Shown here piece after piece: positions 16,567 through 23,293 of a DNA stretch of 23,293 bases. The DNA lies in the NCBI GenBank assembly GCA_018650165.1, contig JABIGM010000061.1, positions 1 through 23,293 on the forward strand, written 5' to 3'. How positions within the stretch are numbered: the first letter of the stretch is position 1; every line of letters starts with the position of its first letter. Source of the DNA: Methanobacteriota archaeon (lineage in GTDB: Archaea; Thermoplasmatota; Poseidoniia; Poseidoniales; Poseidoniaceae). The position numbers and the translations under genes are program-made. The notes under the pieces are model-generated. The model did not search any database, had not been told where the DNA came from, and was given only the letters and a program-made list of their open reading frames with translations.

Positions 16567-18458
16567 TGGCACATATCAGCGACCTCATTGCCACTGACAT
16601 AGAATCATACCTTGCTGCCCATGAGCAAAAGGAGTTGTTGCGATTCATTACTTGTGGTTCAGTCGATGATGGGAAATCCACTTTGATTGGCCGTATGCTG
16701 TATGAATCACACATGCTTTTTGATGATCATTTAGCAGCACTTGAGGCGGATTCAAAGCGAGTTGGAACACAAGATGGAGAGATTGATTTCGCCCTACTTG
16801 TTGATGGATTAGCCGCTGAGCGTGAACAAGGAATTACAATCGATGTTGCTTACAGATTCTTTTCTACCGAGAAAAGAAAGTACATTGTGGCAGATACACC
16901 CGGCCACGAAGAATATACGCGAAATATGGCGACAGGAGCATCCACTGCAGATGTGGCAATTATCCTAGTTGATGCAAGTCAAGGTATTCTAACACAAACA
17001 CGTCGCCATTCGTTTATCGTTTCAATGGTTGGAGTTAAGAGAATTATTTTAGCTGTTAACAAATTAGATTTAGTTGATTATTCTCAAGAAGTATTTGATT
17101 CAATACTTGCAGATTACAGTAGATTTGCCGATGATGCCCTCGCACTAGATGCGATAACAGCAGTACCAATTTCTGCGCTAAAAGGCGATAATATAGTTGG
17201 TCCAAGTGAAAATACTCCTTGGTATAATGGACCTTCAATTATGGATTACCTCGAGACTGTAGAAATCGCCTCAACATCACAAAAGCGCTCGTTTAGAATG
17301 CCTGTTCAATGGGTGAATAGACCAAACCGTGAATTCCGTGGATTCGCTGGAATTATCGGTAGTGGAACCATCTCTCCTGGAGATAAAGTCAGGGTCCTGC
17401 CCAGCGGCACAGAATCTGTTATTGATAGAATTGTAACTTGGGAAGGCGACCTTGAGGTTGCAGGCGCAGGTCGTTCAGTGACACTTACTCTAGCGGATGA
17501 AATAGATATTTCACGCGGTGACATCATTACAACTGCTGATAATCCATGTGGCAGTGCAGACCAATTCCAAACTCGAATATTATGGATGGATGAAAATGCA
17601 ATGATGCCAGGTCGTCAGTATTTGTTCAAGGCTAATACACAAACCACTTCTATGACACTTGGGCAACTCAAGCATAGAATCGATGTCAATACATTGGAAG
17701 AGTTACCTACAAAGGTACTGGAAATGAACGAAATAGGAGTTTGTAATATTTCATTATCAAGCCGAATCGCATTCGATTCTTATGATGAAGATCCAACTAT
17801 GGGCGGTTTCATTATTGTAGATCGTATGACCAACAATACAGTTGGAATGGGACTGATTGATTTTGCATTGAGGCGAGCGGATAACATCCATTGGCAATCA
17901 ATGGATGTAACCAAAGAAAGCCGGGCACAGCAAAAGAGTCAACGGCCACGTTTGGTTTGGTTTACTGGGCTGTCCGGTTCAGGGAAATCCTCGATAGCAA
18001 ATATTTTGGAAAAGAAGTTACAAGCAATGGGTCGCCATACAATCAGTCTTGATGGTGACAATATCCGCCATGGCCTGAACCGAGACTTAGGCTTCACGAA
18101 GGCAGACCGTGTTGAGAATATCCGTCGTGTTGGTGAAACTTCGAAATTGATGATTGATGCAGGGCTGATATGTATTTCATCATTCATTTCACCCTTTGAA
18201 TCAGAACGGCAAATGGTTCGCTCACTAGTGGGTGAAGAAGAATTTATCGAAGTATTCATCGATACCCCCCTAGAGGTTTGTGAACAAAGAGATGTCAAAG
18301 GCCTCTACGCGAAGGCCCGTGCTGGCGAGTTACCAAACTTTACAGGAATATCTAGTCCGTTCGAAAGCCCAGTAGATCCTGAAATTAGAATTGACACTAC
18401 TCAAGTAAGTGCCGAGGAAGCGGCTGACCAAATTATCGATTATTTGAGCCGCTCTTGA
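16566..18458 (+). CDS. cysNC: Bifunctional sulfate adenylyltransferase subunit 1 / adenylyl-sulfate kinase (CysNC/NodQ type)
   Basis: GTPase motifs GSVDDGKST, EQGITID, DTPGH, NKLD and SAL. C-terminal APS kinase WFTGLSGSGKS, LDGDNIRHGL, FISPF and RDVKGLY. Start overlaps the cysD stop (TGATG). Confidence 0.97.
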   Translation: MAHISDLIATDIESYLAAHEQKELLRFITCGSVDDGKSTLIGRMLYESHMLFDDHLAALEADSKRVGTQDGEIDFALLVDGLAAEREQGITIDVAYRFFSTEKRKYIVADTPGHEEYTRNMATGASTADVAIILVDASQGILTQTRRHSFIVSMVGVKRIILAVNKLDLVDYSQEVFDSILADYSRFADDALALDAITAVPISALKGDNIVGPSENTPWYNGPSIMDYLETVEIASTSQKRSFRMPVQWVNRPNREFRGFAGIIGSGTISPGDKVRVLPSGTESVIDRIVTWEGDLEVAGAGRSVTLTLADEIDISRGDIITTADNPCGSADQFQTRILWMDENAMMPGRQYLFKANTQTTSMTLGQLKHRIDVNTLEELPTKVLEMNEIGVCNISLSSRIAFDSYDEDPTMGGFIIVDRMTNNTVGMGLIDFALRRADNIHWQSMDVTKESRAQQKSQRPRLVWFTGLSGSGKSSIANILEKKLQAMGRHTISLDGDNIRHGLNRDLGFTKADRVENIRRVGETSKLMIDAGLICISSFISPFESERQMVRSLVGEEEFIEVFIDTPLEVCEQRDVKGLYAKARAGELPNFTGISSPFESPVDPEIRIDTTQVSAEEAADQIIDYLSRS

Positions 18459-19480
18459 ATTCGCTTTGCGACTTCATCCCATTGAAGAGCATCTCGTAAC
18501 TTTATCATTGATTCACGAGATGAATCCAAATTCTTTTGTCCGATTGCTGAAATACTTGCTACGATATCATCGACACTTCTGCCGCGCATCTTAATTGCAC
18601 CAGCAATATCATCGAATATTGAAATTGGAGTTACAGCTAATGGAACTCCAGCGGCAACACCCATTCTAACTGCGCCCGACGCCGACTCCTTGGTATTTTG
18701 ATATGGAAATACTAGCAATTCACACTTTGACAGAGTAGATATTGCAACATCATCATCTAAGAAATCTGTAACCAAACGGACACGTCCAGTTAGGCCTTTA
18801 TTTTGGATAAGGGAGTTGACTTTTTTCTCCATATTTCCACTGCCTTCTCTTGTTGCACACAGCAATAACAATTCATCCCAACCGGGGAGTCTATCGAATG
18901 CTTCAATCAATTCCAACTGCCCTTTGTGGGGTAACAGGAATCCAAAGGTCCCCATAACTCTACCTTCCATGGGCAGAGATTCCGCAGAATCAGAGGGTGG
19001 AGGATATATTCCATGTGGAATCATTACTACATTTTCTTCAATTCCAAGAGTTCTTAGATTTTCAACATCTGCTTCAGTATGCACCATTACAGTTGAGCAT
19101 GATTTCAGACCATCTATCGCCTTCTCAATCCGCTTGCTCGGGAATACAAGAGAACGGTCTCGTGTATTGTGCATCGTAATGAAGACTTTTACTCCCATCT
19201 CCGATAATTTCAGCAACAACTCATTGAGATATGAAAATCTTAGCAAACCAGGTTGGTGCTGAATTACCATTTGTTGAATACCCTTAGCAGCAACTTGAGC
19301 AATAATGCCTTCAAATGCATTTGAGTCTCTACCCCAACATGGAATCGCACCCTCAACATCACCTTCACCAGATTGGCACATGACGATTACATCATCCATC
19401 TGTTCAACTAGAAAGCGAGAATATGTTGCAATACCACACCTGATATCCCAAGTGCTAATCCAGCCAATCATTATTTTCAC
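18440..19480 (-). CDS. GT-B fold glycosyltransferase, GT4-like
   Basis: WDIRCGIATYS at the N-terminus, HGIYP, TFGFLLPHKGQLELIEAF and VFPYQNTKESASGAVRMG...VTPISIFDD. Start is GTG 19480 (overlapping the upstream stop) or ATG 19471. Confidence 0.88.
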   Translation of the reverse strand: MKIMIGWISTWDIRCGIATYSRFLVEQMDDVIVMCQSGEGDVEGAIPCWGRDSNAFEGIIAQVAAKGIQQMVIQHQPGLLRFSYLNELLLKLSEMGVKVFITMHNTRDRSLVFPSKRIEKAIDGLKSCSTVMVHTEADVENLRTLGIEENVVMIPHGIYPPPSDSAESLPMEGRVMGTFGFLLPHKGQLELIEAFDRLPGWDELLLLCATREGSGNMEKKVNSLIQNKGLTGRVRLVTDFLDDDVAISTLSKCELLVFPYQNTKESASGAVRMGVAAGVPLAVTPISIFDDIAGAIKMRGRSVDDIVASISAIGQKNLDSSRESMIKLRDALQWDEVAKRIQERLK

Positions 19481-20058
19481 TCCTTGAAATCGAAATCAGA
19501 GTACTTGTCAAGAATTGTCTTTACATCACTCGATCTCGGAGAATATTTTTTCTTTCTTTCGCGTAATGAGAAGCCATCCATATCGACTTCAACATCAATT
19601 GAGTTTAGTGCCTCAAGAGCCTCTTGGTTAGTATAGGGGTAGCGTAAGAATGCGACTTTATCGATATTGGATTGTTTTGCATTACGGAAACTTTCGAGGA
19701 ACATAGAAAATCCAACAGGGTCATTGGGAAATGATTGCAAAAACCTCGAAAGAGGAATTTCTGGGGCGTTAATCCCAAGGCACATCTTCGCCGCATTGGC
19801 CGTTAGAAATTTACGACGGTCCATTGAACGAATCGCATCAAGATAATCTCCATGAATTACCAAAATTGGTTTTCCAACACTCTTTCCCGGATGTTGCTTA
19901 TGGCAAATCAGGCCATAATTATCAGGTCGCGTCCTAATTCCTTGAGATTCCATATGGTCACAAAGCGCATTAGAGGCTACACCGCCATGCGATACAACCC
20001 AGATATCGATACTATTTGCATCGACCTCACTAGGTCCTAGTGGCTGCATTGAGATCAC
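19477..20058 (-). CDS. Hypothetical protein with degenerate sulfotransferase-like (P-loop) motif order
   Basis: IWVVSHGGVASNALCDHM (PSB-loop-like), ICHKQHP, ILVIHGDYLDAIRSM (3'-PB-like strand-helix) and FLRY. The CDS is likely real from its tight overlaps on both sides; the function is uncertain. Alternative start ATG 20049. Confidence 0.5.
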   Translation of the reverse strand: MISMQPLGPSEVDANSIDIWVVSHGGVASNALCDHMESQGIRTRPDNYGLICHKQHPGKSVGKPILVIHGDYLDAIRSMDRRKFLTANAAKMCLGINAPEIPLSRFLQSFPNDPVGFSMFLESFRNAKQSNIDKVAFLRYPYTNQEALEALNSIDVEVDMDGFSLRERKKKYSPRSSDVKTILDKYSDFDFKE

Positions 20059-20684
20059 AGCAGGTCTGCTAACTCATCTTGGATAATCTGTACAGCCTCA
20101 AGAATCTCGTCCTTGTGGCGAGCACCGGTGATTACCATCTTTCCAGATCCGAAGATCAAACAGACTACCTTAGGATAGTCTAATCGATAAATCAATCCAG
20201 GGAATTGCTCTGGCTCGTACTCAACCTTATCGAAAGGCAAGTGGAAGGTTAGGTTGTTGAGGTTCAACTTGCGAGGTAGTCCTGCGAGTGGGTCTCCTTC
20301 TTTCAATTCTTGAGTATCCATTCTCTGGGTACCTTCGTAATCTTCGGGATAGTGTAGAGCATAGGTTGCAACCATGTTCTGAACTTCAATTTCGACATCC
20401 TTTAGGTCCCAAGTTGTGATTCCAGCAGAACGTAGATCATTGATCATTCGCTCGATACCGGTGTGAATGTTATCCTCATTCTTTCCACCAGTACATACAG
20501 CACGTCCGGAACGGAACATTAGGATAGCAAGTTTAGGTTCTGCTACACGGTATACAACCCCAGGAAACTGCTCAGGTTCATATTCACAATTCAATTGAAT
20601 TGCGATATCTGGGAGATCAAGCTCTTCCGCTACTCGAGTGCTGGCAACGACATTTACTACAGTCAAACGGTCCTCATCGTTCAT
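20055..20684 (-). CDS. tbp: TATA-box-binding protein (archaeal), with an insertion in the second repeat
   Basis: Two direct repeats NVVAS...EYEPEQFPGVVYR...FRSG...TG and NMVAT...EYEPEQFPGLIYR...FGSGK...TGAR. Confidence 0.97.
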   Translation of the reverse strand: MNDEDRLTVVNVVASTRVAEELDLPDIAIQLNCEYEPEQFPGVVYRVAEPKLAILMFRSGRAVCTGGKNEDNIHTGIERMINDLRSAGITTWDLKDVEIEVQNMVATYALHYPEDYEGTQRMDTQELKEGDPLAGLPRKLNLNNLTFHLPFDKVEYEPEQFPGLIYRLDYPKVVCLIFGSGKMVITGARHKDEILEAVQIIQDELADLL

Positions 20685-20694
20685 GGTTGAGCCG

Positions 20695-20714
20695 ATTATA
20701 AACCCCTATTTAAA
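20695..20714 (-). promoter_or_regulatory. TATA-like boxes upstream of tbp
   Basis: Minus-strand TTTAAATA (20707-20714) lies 23-30 nt before ATG 20684, the spacing expected for a leaderless archaeal transcript. A second box, TTTATAAT, lies at 20695-20702. Confidence 0.55.
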
Positions 20715-20722
20715 GGACCGCA

Positions 20723-21820
20723 CTACTCAAAGGGATTCCAAAGAGTAGATTCTCCCTCAAAATCAACTGTCATTCCTTGTGCCGCAATCCTACTTATCAG
20801 TGTTCTACCACCTGCCAATTCAATCGCCTCACTCGTTTCTTTAGGGTTGCGGGTCAGTGCAATCATACACCCTCCACCACCAGCGCCAGTTAGTTTGACA
20901 CCTAGAGATGAAGGGGCTGCTGCGCTGATTAAAGATTCTAATTCAGGACAAGAAATACCAAGGTTACGTAGCATTAAATGATTTTCACTCATCGCCCTAC
21001 CTACATTTTCCATATTCCCTTCCACTAATGCAGTAATGCCTCTTCGAGAAATAATACCAATAGTTTCGATTTCACGGATTCTGTCAGGGTGTTCTTCGAT
21101 TAGAGATGCGACATATGCGACTTGTTGTGATGTGGGCGCATGTATTCCAGTATTGCCAATTACTAGCCATACATCTTCGGTAGATTTTGGAAGTTCTACA
21201 GAATGTACTTCCCATGAAACACCATTCAGGCTTCGAGAATAGATCCAATTCAAATCATTTTCAATTTTATCTGAAAGTACAATACATCCGCCATGTGCGC
21301 ATACACTCGAATCAAGAGGCGATGCCCTTCCTCCTTGTGCAGTCGCTTCAACTGCATGTGCTAAAATCGCACATTCATCCACATCTACCGCTTTTGCTCC
21401 AACCTCAACGAAATCACCTTTTTTCAACTCCCACGGACCAGAATATGCATCCTCAGGACTTGCAGCAGTCCAACCTTCTGCCCAATCATCATCTTTGATT
21501 TGCCGACCTCTAGCACAACGTAATGCTGCACTAGCTGCTACGGACAGAGCTGCGGATGAACCCAATCCGCTAGCGGGAGGGATATCGCCATGAATTTTGA
21601 TAGCCAACGGTGGACCATCCTTCCATAATCTTTGTTTTAATGCTTCAACATGGGGGTGGCGCGATGGGTCAAATCTCATTCCATCAATACGCCAGACATC
21701 GCTTGGTTCTAGTCCAACAGACATCCTTTGGTCAATTGCTACGGCGACGGCTGGCTGGCCATAAACCACGGCATGTTCTCCAAAGAGAATACACTTGCCG
21801 GGAGCACTGGCTTGCACCAT
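20723..21820 (-). CDS. mvk: Mevalonate kinase (GHMP kinase family)
   Basis: SAPGKCILFGEHAVVYG, PPASGLGSSAA, AHAVE...ASPLD and KLTGAGGGGC. Start moved to ATG 21820; the extension to 21895 overlaps the next gene. Confidence 0.9.
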   Translation of the reverse strand: MVQASAPGKCILFGEHAVVYGQPAVAVAIDQRMSVGLEPSDVWRIDGMRFDPSRHPHVEALKQRLWKDGPPLAIKIHGDIPPASGLGSSAALSVAASAALRCARGRQIKDDDWAEGWTAASPEDAYSGPWELKKGDFVEVGAKAVDVDECAILAHAVEATAQGGRASPLDSSVCAHGGCIVLSDKIENDLNWIYSRSLNGVSWEVHSVELPKSTEDVWLVIGNTGIHAPTSQQVAYVASLIEEHPDRIREIETIGIISRRGITALVEGNMENVGRAMSENHLMLRNLGISCPELESLISAAAPSSLGVKLTGAGGGGCMIALTRNPKETSEAIELAGGRTLISRIAAQGMTVDFEGESTLWNPFE

Positions 21821-21886
21821 GGAGTGCGGTTGTGTAGGAGGTACTTGGCCGTTGGGTTGAAGGCGTGAGTCCACTTCGTGAACTTG

Positions 21887-23293
21887 ATGGACCACCCACT
21901 CGATGTCACTTATGCTGGTATTTCAGGGTGGTACCTTCTTCTTGCTCTAGGTGCTATATCCATTGGTTTCTTTGCCTATCAAGTGCAAAAAGCAACACGT
22001 TTGGTCCTTCTTGGATCCAAAGATAACAGGTTCGATTCTTGGGGCGCTCGATTCAAGGAAACTGCTCGTGTTTGGCTTGGTCAGCGTAAGGTGTTAGAGG
22101 ACCCCGTCGCAGGTGGAATGCACGTTCTGATGTTCTGGGGTTTCCTGATGCTATCCACTGATATGTTCGATTTGGCAAGCGGTAATAGATTCAGCGAGCA
22201 TCTTCTGCCTGATGTACTGAACCCTTTTTGGAATGCAATGGTTGAACTTGGATATACCAGTGCGCTAATCGGATGTTTCCTTGCTCTAAATCGTAGAGTT
22301 CTATTCACTCCTGAGAAATTAAAGGGTAAGAGTCAGTTAGAAGGAAATGTCATTCTATTGTTGATTATGACAATCTGTACAACCGCTTTCGTTGTAGAAG
22401 CAGGAGAAGGACCTCATGCAACTTACGAAATGATTGGAGCCTGGGTTGCAAACACATTTACAATTTCGCAGAGTACAGTAAATATTGCATATTGGGTACA
22501 TATGCTAGCGATTTGTACTTTCCTTTTCCTTATACCAGTATCAAAACATATGCACTTGGTAATGGCACTTCCAAATGTATTCTTCTTTGATACACAGCCC
22601 ATGGGCAAAATGCGTCCACTACAGATGGATGAAAATGGAACCGCAGTACCGCTAGATGAACTCGACATAGAGACATTCGGTGCATCTCAATACACCCAAT
22701 TATCTTGGAGGAGTCTAATCGATGGTTGGGCTTGTACTTCTTGTGCAAGGTGTCAGGATGTCTGTCCCGCCTATGCATCAGGCAAAGACCTCAACCCAAT
22801 GCAAATTATTCACGATGTAAGAGGATATGCAAACGAACATTCAGAATTGCTTCTCAAAGGCGAGGCTCCAGAAGAAGACATAATCTCCAGATTTGGAGAA
22901 GCCGCTATTTGGGCTTGTACCACCTGTAATGCTTGTGTCGATGTTTGCCCAGTTAATATTGAGCATGTTCCAAAGTTGACCGATGCTCGCCGTCATCTAA
23001 TGATGGAAAGAATGGAATTTGATGAATCTGTAGAAGATACAGTCATGCCACTGATGGCAACAATTGAGAATCTTGAGAATGATTCCAACCCATATGGAAT
23101 ACCAATGCATGAGCGTGGCGATTGGGCTGCTGACCTCGATGTTAAGGTAGCAGAACCTGCTGAATACATCTACTTCGCTGGCTGTGCTGCTTCATTCGAT
23201 GAGCGTAACAAGAAGGTTGCTCGAGACACAATTTCGATTATGAAAGAGGCAGGATTGGATGTTGGTATTCTTGGAATGCAAGAAGGATGCACT
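21887..23293 (+). CDS. Membrane-bound heterodisulfide-reductase-related Fe-S oxidoreductase (FadF/HdrD-like: NarI-like heme b domain, two [4Fe-4S] motifs, CCG domain); 3'-truncated
   Basis: Manual translation from ATG 21887 gives 469 codons with no stop: MDHPLDVTYAG..., MHVLMFWGF, YWVHML, SKHMHL, CTSCARCQDVCP, CTTCNACVDVCP, NPYG and YFAGCAASFD...ILG..EGC. Not in the ORF track because the stop lies outside the window. Confidence 0.9.
   Translation, partial: MDHPLDVTYAGISGWYLLLALGAISIGFFAYQVQKATRLVLLGSKDNRFDSWGARFKETARVWLGQRKVLEDPVAGGMHVLMFWGFLMLSTDMFDLASGNRFSEHLLPDVLNPFWNAMVELGYTSALIGCFLALNRRVLFTPEKLKGKSQLEGNVILLLIMTICTTAFVVEAGEGPHATYEMIGAWVANTFTISQSTVNIAYWVHMLAICTFLFLIPVSKHMHLVMALPNVFFFDTQPMGKMRPLQMDENGTAVPLDELDIETFGASQYTQLSWRSLIDGWACTSCARCQDVCPAYASGKDLNPMQIIHDVRGYANEHSELLLKGEAPEEDIISRFGEAAIWACTTCNACVDVCPVNIEHVPKLTDARRHLMMERMEFDESVEDTVMPLMATIENLENDSNPYGIPMHERGDWAADLDVKVAEPAEYIYFAGCAASFDERNKKVARDTISIMKEAGLDVGILGMQEGCT

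Noticed and set aside
16566-17850. Translation elongation factor EF-1alpha/EF-Tu
   Set aside because: GSVDDGKST, the fused APS kinase and coupling to cysD identify CysN.
14628-20060. Mobile-element or island boundaries around the sulfate module
   Set aside because: By eye I found no direct or terminal inverted repeats, tRNA target, integrase or transposase, and no clear composition shift.
21821-21895. N-terminal extension of mevalonate kinase given in the ORF track
   Set aside because: It overlaps the start of the divergent Fe-S gene, and MVK homology begins at ATG 21820.

Overview
Gene-dense archaeal segment. Archaeal-type TBP, archaeal SepF, a single-domain KaiC/RAD55 ATPase and large Ca-binding surface proteins suggest Thermoplasmatota, most likely Marine Group II/Poseidoniales; this taxonomy is an inference. 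Left to right: 3' end of glmS (+); a ~1,270-aa membrane-anchored surface protein with PPC-like domains and TSP3-like Asp-rich repeats (-); KaiC-like ATPase (-); Maf (+); a polytopic membrane protein (-); sepF (-); two tandem paralogous PKD/CARDB surface proteins (-); DHH phosphoesterase-cysD-cysNC (+), converging on a GT4 glycosyltransferase and a degenerate sulfotransferase-like gene (-) that directly follow tbp (-); mevalonate kinase (-); and a truncated FadF/HdrD-like membrane Fe-S oxidoreductase (+) that is missing from the ORF track because it has no stop in the window. I found no RNA genes, CRISPR arrays or mobile elements. Best leads: (1) a bacterial-like PAPS-supply/PAP-recycling/sulfotransfer/glycosyltransfer module beside sequon-rich surface proteins, a candidate surface-glycan sulfation system; (2) a probable PKD-PKD-sepF operon in which both PKD proteins share a cytoplasmic GLPxGWTxEQWxxYG motif and one ends in an FtsZ-tail-like peptide; (3) a TBP with a ~26-aa insertion and two TATA-like boxes in its 38-bp upstream region. 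All assignments come from motif recognition by eye; no searches were run.
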